Part shown: piece by piece, positions 38,269 through 47,128 of the stretch
Numbering within the stretch: the stretch's first letter is position 1
Layout: each line of letters begins with the position of its first letter
NCBI GenBank assembly: GCA_017461745.1
Contig: JAFTXE010000059.1
Location: 7,304 to 71,303 of the forward strand
Direction of reading: 5' to 3'
DNA length: 64,000 bases
DNA from: Clostridia bacterium
GTDB taxonomy: Bacteria > Bacillota > Clostridia > Oscillospirales > CAG-272
Notes under the pieces: model-generated
The model's database searches: none
The model's input: the letters and a program-made list of their open reading frames with translations, nothing else
Told to the model about the DNA's origin: nothing
Program-made: the position numbers and the translations under genes

Positions 38269-39441
38269 TTAATCTCCAAGCATACTTTTACCGCAAGAGA
38301 TATACTTCACGTCCAACATTTCGGCAACCGTCGCGGCTATATCACAAAAGCCCTCTCTCGTTCCGAGATTTTCAGGTGTAACACTTGCGCCGTAAATTAT
38401 ACAGGGCGTATATTCTCTCGTATGGTCGGTAGTTTTACCAAAGCTTGGGTCACAGCCGTGGTCGGCAGTTATAATAAGGGCATCCGTAGCTCTCATCTCT
38501 TTAAGAAATCCGCCAAGCCAGCTATCAAACGCATTCAGTCCCTCGGCATACGCAATGGGGTCTCTTCTATGCCCCCACAGCATATCAAAATCAACGAGGT
38601 TCACAAAGCAAAGTCCTTCAGTATTGGATTTTACAAGCGCTGAGCACACCGACATTCCCTCGGCATTTGAATGTGTCTTTATAGCTCTGTCAAATCCTCT
38701 ACCCGCAAAAATATCGAATATTTTACCGACGGCTACTGTGGTAACTCCGTTAGCCGTAAGAATATCGGCAAGCAAGTCCTTTGGCGGCATCAAGGAAAAA
38801 TCCTTTCTGTCCGCAGTACGCTTGAATTTTCCGTCGACGCTCTCAAAAGGTCTCGCTATAACTCTGCCAACGCCATATTTCTCACCGCTCATTATTTCCC
38901 TTGCAATTCTGCAATATCCGTAAAGCTCTTCAAGCGGCACGACATCCGTATGAGCGGCAATCTGCAAAACACTGTCCGCAGAGGTATACACGATAAGCCT
39001 ACCGCTTTCCATATGCTCTCTACCGAAGTCCTCAAGCACCGCCGTACCCGAATACGCTTTATTACAAAGTATCCCTCTGCCAAAAGCGTACTCCAGCTTA
39101 TCTATTATCTCCTTCGGAAATCCGTCGGGAAACGTAGGTAACGGGGTATCCGAAATATGTCCCGCAATCTCCCAATGTCCAACCGTCGTATCCTTCCCCG
39201 CCGAAAGCTCCATCATTCTCGCAATGCGAGCCTGAGGAGAGTCAACAGCGCCGAGAAAATGCAAGCCATCGATATTGGCTATTCCCAACGCTCTTAAATT
39301 AGGAATGTTCAATATTTCCGTATTATACGCGCTTTTAAGCGTATGCGCGCCAACGTCACCGAAGATTTCTGCATCGGGAGCTTCTCCCGCTCCAACGCTG
39401 TCAAGAACTATCAAAAATACTCTTTTGATATTACTCATCAA
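38269..39441 (-). CDS. deoB: Phosphopentomutase
   Basis: RVFLIVLDSVGAGE, GKDTTVGHWE, YTSADS, RVIARPF, NLVDFD, TADHGCDP, DHTREY. Confidence 0.97.
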   Translation of the reverse strand: MMSNIKRVFLIVLDSVGAGEAPDAEIFGDVGAHTLKSAYNTEILNIPNLRALGIANIDGLHFLGAVDSPQARIARMMELSAGKDTTVGHWEIAGHISDTPLPTFPDGFPKEIIDKLEYAFGRGILCNKAYSGTAVLEDFGREHMESGRLIVYTSADSVLQIAAHTDVVPLEELYGYCRIAREIMSGEKYGVGRVIARPFESVDGKFKRTADRKDFSLMPPKDLLADILTANGVTTVAVGKIFDIFAGRGFDRAIKTHSNAEGMSVCSALVKSNTEGLCFVNLVDFDMLWGHRRDPIAYAEGLNAFDSWLGGFLKEMRATDALIITADHGCDPSFGKTTDHTREYTPCIIYGASVTPENLGTREGFCDIAATVAEMLDVKYISCGKSMLGD

Positions 39442-39453
39442 AAACCTCGTTAG

Positions 39454-40194
39454 TTAATTTATTTTATTTGACTTCTGCATTTGAGCCGCAACGTCAAGCG
39501 CGAGCTTCATCATATCAACGAATCCGCTCATTCTCTCATCCGAATCCGTTGCCTCGCCCGTTACCAAGGAATCCGATACGGTACATACGGCAAGCGCTCT
39601 CTTTCCCGCTCTTGCGGCATTCATATAAAGTGCCGCCGCTTCCATTTCAACGGCAAGCACACCCATCTTCTGCCACTTAAGTCCACCACCTGATTCGTCG
39701 TAAAAGGTATCGGACGACAAAAGATTTCCAACGTGGTATTTTAGTCCCTTTTGCTTTGCAAGCTCTACGGCACATTCAAGTGTTTCCCAATCGCATATAG
39801 GCGCAAAGCTACCGCCGAGGTCGTATTGAGATGCGTACGCTGAATTTGTGCAAGCTCCCATGCCGAACACTATATCACGCATAGCGACGCTCTTCTGCAA
39901 GGCGCCCGCCGAGCCGATTCTTATTATAAGATCAACGTCAAAAAAATTATAAAGCTCATAGCTATATATTCCAATGGATGGCATTCCCATTCCGCTTGCC
40001 ATAACAGACACGCGTTCACCGCTCCAAGTTCCCGTATACCCTTGTACTCCTCTTACGTTATTAAAAAGCGTAGGGCTATCAAGAAAATTCTCCGCGACAA
40101 ATTTTGAGCGTAACGGGTCGCCCGGCATAAGAACTACCTTGGCAATATCACCTACGTTAGCTTTTATATGTGGAGTTGGTACGTTATTTGGCAT
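39454..40194 (-). CDS. deoD: Purine nucleoside phosphorylase (DeoD type)
   Basis: PTPHI, MPGDPLRS, GMGMPSIGIY, RIGSAG, VEMEAAALY. Confidence 0.96.
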   Translation of the reverse strand: MPNNVPTPHIKANVGDIAKVVLMPGDPLRSKFVAENFLDSPTLFNNVRGVQGYTGTWSGERVSVMASGMGMPSIGIYSYELYNFFDVDLIIRIGSAGALQKSVAMRDIVFGMGACTNSAYASQYDLGGSFAPICDWETLECAVELAKQKGLKYHVGNLLSSDTFYDESGGGLKWQKMGVLAVEMEAAALYMNAARAGKRALAVCTVSDSLVTGEATDSDERMSGFVDMMKLALDVAAQMQKSNKIN

Positions 40195-40213
40195 AATGCT
40201 ACCTCCGTAAATT

Positions 40214-40795
40214 TCAATTAGGATTTCCTTCCATGTAGTAAGAGGCTTCCATATCAGCTACGCAAAGTGAAAACGCGAGAGGAAACATTTCAAGCGCCTT
40301 GCCAACCTGATTTGCGTCCTCTGGTCCTGAAAAGCCCATATGATAGCGAATGGCAAAAGCTTCGTCTCGCGTAAGCTTCATAAAGCCGGAGATTATATAG
40401 ACTGATTTTTCTCCGTGTCCGTAAGGCAACGTATCCTCAATGGTATAATAAGGCACGCTTTCCCACACACCGTTTTTCTTTACGTTTCTCATTTCCGTCT
40501 TATAGAAATTGGTCTTGCAGAGATCGTGCAACAACGCTACTATCGCAAGACTCTCCTCGGTAAAAGTAAATCCGTACTTCTCCTTAAAGCGAGGACGCTT
40601 TACAAAATCACAGAGACACTCGTATACGTTGAGGCTATGCTCAAGGAGTCCCCCCTCGTACGCGCCGTGAAATCTCGTAGATGCGGGTGCTGAAAAGAAA
40701 TCCGTTTTATACTCTATGTATTCAAGCAGCTTATCCGCACCCTCTCTGGTTACGCAGGATCTATAGATCTCAATAAATTTTTCTCTGTTAGTCAT
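40214..40795 (-). CDS. HD domain hydrolase
   Basis: APASTRFHGAYEGGLLEHSLNV, ALLHDLCK, GHGEKS, IRYHMG. Start placed at MTNREK after gagagg. Confidence 0.88.
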   Translation of the reverse strand: MTNREKFIEIYRSCVTREGADKLLEYIEYKTDFFSAPASTRFHGAYEGGLLEHSLNVYECLCDFVKRPRFKEKYGFTFTEESLAIVALLHDLCKTNFYKTEMRNVKKNGVWESVPYYTIEDTLPYGHGEKSVYIISGFMKLTRDEAFAIRYHMGFSGPEDANQVGKALEMFPLAFSLCVADMEASYYMEGNPN

Positions 40796-40836
40796 ATCCA
40801 ACCTCTCCTCAATAAAAAAACAATATATCATTATAT

Positions 40837-40865
40837 ATTTTACCACATTTCAAAAGATAAATCAA
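40837..40865 (-). promoter_or_regulatory. Promoter of the HD-deoD-deoB-cdd operon
   Basis: Minus strand TTGATT-17-TAAAAT with TGg extension. Confidence 0.6.
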
Positions 40866-41090
40866 CGGCGAAATGAAAGTTTATAATTTTTTTAAATTAC
40901 CATAATTTCTCTTTAATAATAAAAAGTTTTCTGTCAACAATAATAGCAGAGCGACGGAAAAAGTCACGGCGACGCGCGCAAAAGCTTTGCGCGGTATGCT
41001 ATGTCTCAAGGCAAGCGCAGGACCTTAGGTCTTGCATTTACCTCACTTTCGCTCGATAAAATAGATGAAATTGAACAGGAGATTATTAAA

Positions 41091-41342
41091 ATGTCTAACA
41101 AGAACGTAGTACCTGAGGCTAAGGAAGCTCTTAACAAGTTTAAGATGCAGGCTGCAAGCGAGGTCGGTGTTAACCTCAAGAACGGTTACAACGGCGACCT
41201 CACCTCTAAGCAGGCAGGAAGTGTCGGCGGTCAGATGGTCAACAATATGAACCCCGTACGAACTATGAAATTCGACCGCCCAAGCCGTGTAGCTAAGGGG
41301 CATATGGTAAGCGTGCGGTACATATTTTCGTTAACAGTGTGA
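41091..41342 (+). pseudogene. Alpha/beta small acid-soluble spore protein gene with the conserved C-terminus replaced after codon 50
   Basis: RBS aggag. Codons 1-50 are canonical (VPEAKEALNKFKM..ASEVGV..GYNGDLTSKQAGSVGGQMV); the next 33 aa are unrelated to SASP. Confidence 0.8.
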
Positions 41343-41344
41343 TA

Positions 41345-41384
41345 ATTTAATCCCCCAAGGAAAACTTTCCTCGGGGGATTAAAT
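41345..41384. terminator. Strong bidirectional hairpin
   Basis: atttaatccccc (41345-56) pairs with gggggattaaat (41373-84), with an inner aggaa/ttcct stem. Confidence 0.8.
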
Positions 41385-41419
41385 CATTATAATCTAAATC
41401 TTGTATTAATCTCAAGAAG

Positions 41420-42577
41420 TTACAATCCTATTCGTTCCAAAAGCTCGGTTGCGCTTTCCTTTTTATCGTCAGACATCTTAGCGTTAACGTTTATTTCGTT
41501 TATTGACCGTTTAAGTCCGCCGCGAAAAATAAGCTTAAACCATCGACGCACCTGCATTACGGGTGTCAGCCAACGGTGCTTTTGCAGTATTGGATAGTGA
41601 AATTTTATTGTACTATACGGTAAGAAAATTCTTGATACGATGTACTTAAATTTTCCGCCTTTTTTCTGTTGCTGAAGTGCAACGCGGTTCTCCATATTGC
41701 CGTATACTCCGCCAAACAGTAAATATTGCTCCATCTGCGACGTGGTCTCTGTATGCTCCGCACCGTTAAACCATACTGACGCTAAGCTACGCGCGGCATT
41801 GGTAAATTTCAAAAGTGCTCCACTCTCAAGCAGTGCGTCTCGGGCAACAGCATCATACCCTTCTTGTTTATCAAGTATCCAAAGGTCAAGTAATGGTCGG
41901 ACTCCGCATCCACCATGTTCAAAGTGTTTTGCCATATGGGCAATATGATAGAAATAAAACATAGCGTCCGAAAAATCACAGCGATAAGTGCCTTCAGATA
42001 TCGGAGCGGCATAGTCCCAAGCGTTTTTTAGTATCTCGCAACAGTTATTTACTATATCTTCTTCCACAAGGTCGTAATGCAGTTCAACATGAACCCCACT
42101 CGGTGAAAACATAGAAACGTCGTGCGAACCTTTACCTTCAACATCATAACCCAAGTCGTCCTGTATACACTTTGTCGCTCTGTCTAAGTCCTCGGGTCTT
42201 ACCAACACGTCGATATCACAGCTTGTTCTCATCCAAGGCTCCGGATAGTACTTACGTATTATAGAGCCTTTAAGCGGTATAAATTGTATTTTCGCGTTTT
42301 CAAGTGCAGTACAGATTTCCTCAAGCTCATAGTTTATACGCTCGTATCTGAAAATGGCTATCATATGCTGCTTACGGAATTTCTCGCTTATCTCGTCTCC
42401 ATTCTTAAGCAGCCCCTGAGCGTCAAGCTCTGCCGACACTATATGAGCCATATCGTGCGACTTGGATAACCCGTACAGAGAACGCATTACCTCCTCGGAT
42501 AATTCTCCGTATTCTACTCTTTCGGCACTACAAACCTGAGTACGTATTGCCGAGAGCATTATTTCCGTTACAGTCAT
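41420..42577 (-). CDS. Nucleotidyltransferase family protein (NTP_transf_5-like)
   Basis: FIPLKGSII, RTSCDIDVLV, HVELHYDL, HMAKHFEHGGCGVRPLLDLW. Confidence 0.85.
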   Translation of the reverse strand: MTVTEIMLSAIRTQVCSAERVEYGELSEEVMRSLYGLSKSHDMAHIVSAELDAQGLLKNGDEISEKFRKQHMIAIFRYERINYELEEICTALENAKIQFIPLKGSIIRKYYPEPWMRTSCDIDVLVRPEDLDRATKCIQDDLGYDVEGKGSHDVSMFSPSGVHVELHYDLVEEDIVNNCCEILKNAWDYAAPISEGTYRCDFSDAMFYFYHIAHMAKHFEHGGCGVRPLLDLWILDKQEGYDAVARDALLESGALLKFTNAARSLASVWFNGAEHTETTSQMEQYLLFGGVYGNMENRVALQQQKKGGKFKYIVSRIFLPYSTIKFHYPILQKHRWLTPVMQVRRWFKLIFRGGLKRSINEINVNAKMSDDKKESATELLERIGL

Positions 42578-42717
42578 ATTGCGTTCTCCTTCCAAAACAA
42601 TTTAATCTCTGAAACACAAATCGCTCGTATGAACCTTGTCTATATATTCACTATACTATGTATTGGTGAACTTGGTATGTATATTTCGTTTTTCGTACAA
42701 ACATGCTCGTTATTTGA

Positions 42718-43731
42718 TTATATTGTTTCTATCACATTAGAAACAATCCACTCAAGTTCTTCCCATTTGCGTTCAATATCCTCTGCAAGTTTCAACTGAC
42801 AACGGGTGCGAACGAGGTTATGCTTAGGATACGCACATCTGAAATACTGATCTCCTGTGATATAGTCATCCAAAAATCTTGAAGCAAGTTCAATCGTAAT
42901 GGAAAAAGTAGATTTAACCAAATTAGTGATTTCAACAGGTTCAAGTGATTTGTGTGTAGCTCCGATAAATCCTTTAGCAAAAGCACGGAATTTTGCGGTA
43001 TCGAAAAATACTTTCGATATATCTGGCTCATCTTCCACCGCAGTATTTGCAATAAAACGAACCGCATCTGCAAAGTCATACATCGACATACCAGGCATGA
43101 TTGTGTCAAGGTCAATTACAACAATAGGTTCCTTGGTTTTTCTGTCAAAGAGAACATTGTTGCACTTAGTATCGTTGTGCGTAACTCGTTTAGGGATTTC
43201 TCCATTTGCGAATTGTACGCTGAGTTCTGTCGCTTTCTCACGTACGGAAGCAATATAGTCTAACTCTTTCTTAACTTCTGCTACTCGCCCGCATAGATCA
43301 TCGGCAACATGAGAAAACAACGTATCAAGTCTCTTTTTAGTGTTGTGAAAATCGGGAATAGTTTCGTAAAGAACCGAACCATCGAAATCCGAAAGCTGAG
43401 TCTGAAAATCGCCGAATGCTTTTCCTGTCGCTTCAATAATACCGAAATCATCGGAAGCGTTGAATGTTACGGAATCAACGTAATTTACTACTCGCCAAAA
43501 CGCATCTTTCTCATACAAATAATAGTTCAAGCCTTCATCTGTGTGATGGAAATGAAGCGTTATCTGATCGGGATATTTACTGCGAATAAATGTTGTTACA
43601 CGGTCAATGTTTTCCATAATCTCAATAGGATTTTTGAAAATATTCGTGTTTACTCTTTGAAATAAATAGGATTTCAATGAGTTATCTCTTTGTATATATG
43701 TAACTTTGTAGGTGGAATTGATATTTCCCAT
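42718..43731 (-). CDS. APH-family sugar kinase (N-acetylhexosamine 1-kinase-like), 5' end apparently frameshifted
   Basis: GNINSTY, FQRVNTNIF, TIPDFHNT, VTHNDTKCNN, VIDLDTIMPG, YPKHNLVR. Confidence 0.8.
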   Translation of the reverse strand: MGNINSTYKVTYIQRDNSLKSYLFQRVNTNIFKNPIEIMENIDRVTTFIRSKYPDQITLHFHHTDEGLNYYLYEKDAFWRVVNYVDSVTFNASDDFGIIEATGKAFGDFQTQLSDFDGSVLYETIPDFHNTKKRLDTLFSHVADDLCGRVAEVKKELDYIASVREKATELSVQFANGEIPKRVTHNDTKCNNVLFDRKTKEPIVVIDLDTIMPGMSMYDFADAVRFIANTAVEDEPDISKVFFDTAKFRAFAKGFIGATHKSLEPVEITNLVKSTFSITIELASRFLDDYITGDQYFRCAYPKHNLVRTRCQLKLAEDIERKWEELEWIVSNVIETI

Positions 43732-43802
43732 GGTACTGACATCGTATGAATATATCTCACAAGGTTCGTCCTACTTCAGTTAATATCAAATACATCGTTA
43801 CC

Positions 43803-44894
43803 TTACGCCTCTAAAATATCTGCAATTCTCTTGCAAGCCAAACCGTCGCCGTAAGGATTACTTGCCTTCGACATTGCTTCATAAGCAATCTGATCTTCAA
43901 GAAGCAATTTGAAATTTTCATAAATAATCCGCTCGTCAGTACCGACTAATTTCAGTGTTCCTGCCTTGATGCCTTCTGGACGTTCCGTTGTATCACGCAT
44001 AACAAGGACAGGCTTGCCCAAGGACGGAGCTTCTTCCTGAATCCCTCCGCTATCTGTCAAGATCATAAAGCTACGAGATAGGAAGTTATGGAAATCCAAA
44101 ACTTCAAGAGGTTCAATGATATGGATGCGATCACAATCACCAAGTTCCGCATCAGCAGCTTGGCGTACAACAGGGTTCATGTGTATGGGATAGATCGCCT
44201 TTACATCGGGATGCTCGTCCATAACACGGCGGATTGCACGGAACATATTGTGCATAGGTTCACCAAGATTCTCACGACGATGTGCCGTAATCATAATCAA
44301 ACGGCTATCTTTCGCCCATTCCAATTCCGGATGCGTGTAATCATCACGCACGGTTGTTTTTAGTGCGTCAATTGCCGTGTTACCGGTGATATAGATGCTA
44401 CTCTCATCCTTGCCCTCTTTCACAAGGTTTGCTTTTGAAAGCTCGGTAGGAGCAAAATTGTACTTGGATATAATAGAAACTGCTTGACGGTTAAATTCTT
44501 CCGGATAAGGACTGTAAATATTGTATGTACGAAGTCCTGCTTCCACATGACCGATTGCGATCTGCTTGTAGAAGCACGCAAGAGCCGTCACAAAGGTGGT
44601 AGATGTATCACCATGAACGAGAACCACATCGGGTTTTACTTCATCGAGTACATCTCCAATTCTATTTAAGATGTTTGTTGTGATGTCAAACAAAGTCTGT
44701 CCGGCTTTCATTATGGAAAGATCATAATCCGGTACAACATTGAATGTATCAAGTACCATGTCAAGCATCTGACGATGCTGACCTGTTACGCATACAACTG
44801 TCTTGATATTTTTTCTGGATTTCAACTCATTCACGAGCGGACACATTTTGATTGCTTCGGGACGTGTTCCAAAGACGAGCATTATTGTTTTCAT
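43803..44894 (-). CDS. wecB: UDP-N-acetylglucosamine 2-epimerase (non-hydrolysing)
   Basis: VFGTRPEAIKMCP, TGQHRQM, HGDTSTT, HVEAGLRT, TAHRREN, TDSGGIQEEAP, NPYGDG. Confidence 0.97.
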   Translation of the reverse strand: MKTIMLVFGTRPEAIKMCPLVNELKSRKNIKTVVCVTGQHRQMLDMVLDTFNVVPDYDLSIMKAGQTLFDITTNILNRIGDVLDEVKPDVVLVHGDTSTTFVTALACFYKQIAIGHVEAGLRTYNIYSPYPEEFNRQAVSIISKYNFAPTELSKANLVKEGKDESSIYITGNTAIDALKTTVRDDYTHPELEWAKDSRLIMITAHRRENLGEPMHNMFRAIRRVMDEHPDVKAIYPIHMNPVVRQAADAELGDCDRIHIIEPLEVLDFHNFLSRSFMILTDSGGIQEEAPSLGKPVLVMRDTTERPEGIKAGTLKLVGTDERIIYENFKLLLEDQIAYEAMSKASNPYGDGLACKRIADILEA

Positions 44895-45547
44895 TTGATT
44901 TCTTCTCCAATCGTATTATTGCTATTAAGGAATTGTATATAATCAATCTCATCCATATATCGTTTTGTAGAAAATAGGTGTTTATATTTAAAAACTTTAC
45001 CGTTTTTATAATTCTTATCAAAAATATTATGTGTTACAATGTTGTTATCATTACTCGGATTCTCATTAGTAACCAATAATTTGTTTGGGTAAGGTATTTT
45101 TTGGAACTTTTGAATATATTCATCAGATATTTGTGCAATGTTTAAAATTATATAGAGATTAGAATAATCTATTCTTTTTTTCCTTTCATTCCATTTTTCT
45201 TTTGCTATATGAAAGTCGGTATAGTGCATAAACTTAATGTATACATCTTCACCGTTATACGATATTTTCCCAACTGGGAAATCATACCCCGAATTCTGTA
45301 TCTCCACAACATCTGATTCCATATATTCCGGCAAATTCATTACCATTTTAATAAAATCATCTACAGAAAAAAACAAATTTATTGTGGGCGAGTTGAACTT
45401 TAATCCCATGTCATGATAAATAAATGTGCCAAAACAGTTGCTCGAAATGATAGTAGGGTTCAAATTAAGTAAGGATTTACTTTTTTTCTTGTGATATAAT
45501 GTTCCAGGCAATTGGATGATTTGCTTAATCAATAACGGTATCTGCAT
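44891..45547 (-). CDS. DUF1919 domain protein (polysaccharide-locus associated)
   Basis: TIISSNCFG, YHDMGLKFNSPTINLF, FPVG, IKFMHY, KWNERKKRI. RBS ggagg. Confidence 0.75.
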   Translation of the reverse strand: MQIPLLIKQIIQLPGTLYHKKKSKSLLNLNPTIISSNCFGTFIYHDMGLKFNSPTINLFFSVDDFIKMVMNLPEYMESDVVEIQNSGYDFPVGKISYNGEDVYIKFMHYTDFHIAKEKWNERKKRIDYSNLYIILNIAQISDEYIQKFQKIPYPNKLLVTNENPSNDNNIVTHNIFDKNYKNGKVFKYKHLFSTKRYMDEIDYIQFLNSNNTIGEEIK

Positions 45548-45630
45548 AGCTTCCTCCATAGGGCTAAATATCTTTTATACTAAAATATATTCTTTTCCGA
45601 TTATATTCTTTATTATTATATACAATCAAA

Positions 45631-47082
45631 CTAATTATTTCTTTTACTTTTTATTATATTATATAATAAAGTTTTCATATTGGCAAAAACACTATTTCTA
45701 GTTACAACAGATAATAGTATATAAATAACGCCACCCGAAACGACTTGAACAATCAACTTGATAAAATCATTGACGGGAATATAGTTCATCATATAAACAC
45801 AGCAAAACATAATGCATGATATGATAACGCTGGGGATAATATCCTGCATTTGTTCACGCAATGAATACCCCAACAATTTCACATTAGGATATGCATTAAC
45901 AAATGTAAATAGCGTTGTACATATCGCCATACCAATTACAATAGCTTCTACACTAATCCACATTGCAATCAACAAAACAATTAATTCAATAATCTTTTTG
46001 AATACTTCTAGTTTTAAATATATATCGCTTCGCCCCATAGCTTTTATAGCTTGAATATTTGCTACATGCATTGGTTGAAATAAATATATTACACAAAATA
46101 GTTGAAGCAACGGAACACAATCTATCCATTTATCTGTAAGCAAAAGTCTAACAAAGGGAATGGCAACAGCTGCCAAACCAAGCATAACCGGGCACATAAT
46201 ATAGGAACTAAACCTAATTGAATTACGTGTTGTCTCTTTTAGCTTTGTTATATCATCCTGCTCATCTGCCATTTTGGGAAACAATACAGAACTTATTGAG
46301 GTATTAATATTTGTTACAATTAAATTAGGAAACTGTCTTCCTTTATCATAATATGCTAAATCAGATGACGAATAAACTTTACCAATAATAAGTGCCCTCA
46401 ACTCTTGGTACCCTGTCATTAGCATTCCTGTTCCTAAAATCCTAATACCATATGGGAAAAGTTGTCTTAAAGAAGATATGGAAAAACAGATTTGAGGCTT
46501 CTTTTTTATGACAACCATCAAACTGAAAGTACTAACCGTTGTACTAACCAAGTATTGTGTAACCAACGCCCAAACGCCGTATCCAAGGTAAGCCATCGCA
46601 ATTCCAATGACCGCAGATGATATTGTTCCCCATAGTGTAGCGAAGAAAAACTTTTGGAACATCATTTTCTTTGAAATGTATGCTTGCTGTACAGAATTAA
46701 TTGCCGTAAAAACAATTCTTATCCCAAGCACACGCAAAATTGGAGTTAATATTTCATACCCTTCACCATAAAACACAGAAATATACGGAGCTGAAATATA
46801 TATAATCAAATACAGCAACAAAGAAAAACCGATATTGAAATACAGAACAGAAAAGAAATCTAATGCGGTAGCACCCTTCTTTTGAATCAATGCACTTCCG
46901 AAACCATCGCTAACAAAAACATTAGCCAACGTTATGAATATCATAACAATTGAAACAACACCATAATCCTCCGGAGATAATAATCGTGCAAGAATTATTG
47001 ACACAATCATTGATATAAGTTGAGCAGAAATTCTTTCCCCAAATTTCCAAGCTAAATTCGTTATTAAACTGTTTTTTTTCAT
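45631..47082 (-). CDS. wzx: Wzx-type flippase
   Basis: 483 aa multi-TM protein. ILARLLSPEDYG, DGFGSALIQKK, LIIGKVYS, FPKMA. Confidence 0.9.
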   Translation of the reverse strand: MKKNSLITNLAWKFGERISAQLISMIVSIILARLLSPEDYGVVSIVMIFITLANVFVSDGFGSALIQKKGATALDFFSVLYFNIGFSLLLYLIIYISAPYISVFYGEGYEILTPILRVLGIRIVFTAINSVQQAYISKKMMFQKFFFATLWGTISSAVIGIAMAYLGYGVWALVTQYLVSTTVSTFSLMVVIKKKPQICFSISSLRQLFPYGIRILGTGMLMTGYQELRALIIGKVYSSSDLAYYDKGRQFPNLIVTNINTSISSVLFPKMADEQDDITKLKETTRNSIRFSSYIMCPVMLGLAAVAIPFVRLLLTDKWIDCVPLLQLFCVIYLFQPMHVANIQAIKAMGRSDIYLKLEVFKKIIELIVLLIAMWISVEAIVIGMAICTTLFTFVNAYPNVKLLGYSLREQMQDIIPSVIISCIMFCCVYMMNYIPVNDFIKLIVQVVSGGVIYILLSVVTRNSVFANMKTLLYNIIKSKRNN

Positions 47083-47128
47083 ATTTCCTTATCACTTATC
47101 TCTTTATACTGATATTTCCACGCAAATT

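Noticed and set aside
41001-41090. Upstream start that would make the SASP ORF 113 aa.
   Set aside because: The RBS (aggag) and the family N-terminus support ATG at 41091.
41043-41303. Minus-strand 86-aa ORF crossing the junction, as a possible integrase C-terminus.
   Set aside because: The frame is closed by TAA shortly upstream, and most of it is antisense to the SASP gene.
47072-47079. A8 run at the start of wzx as a phase-variation switch.
   Set aside because: Runs of 7-8 A/T are frequent throughout this AT-rich locus, and the frame is intact.
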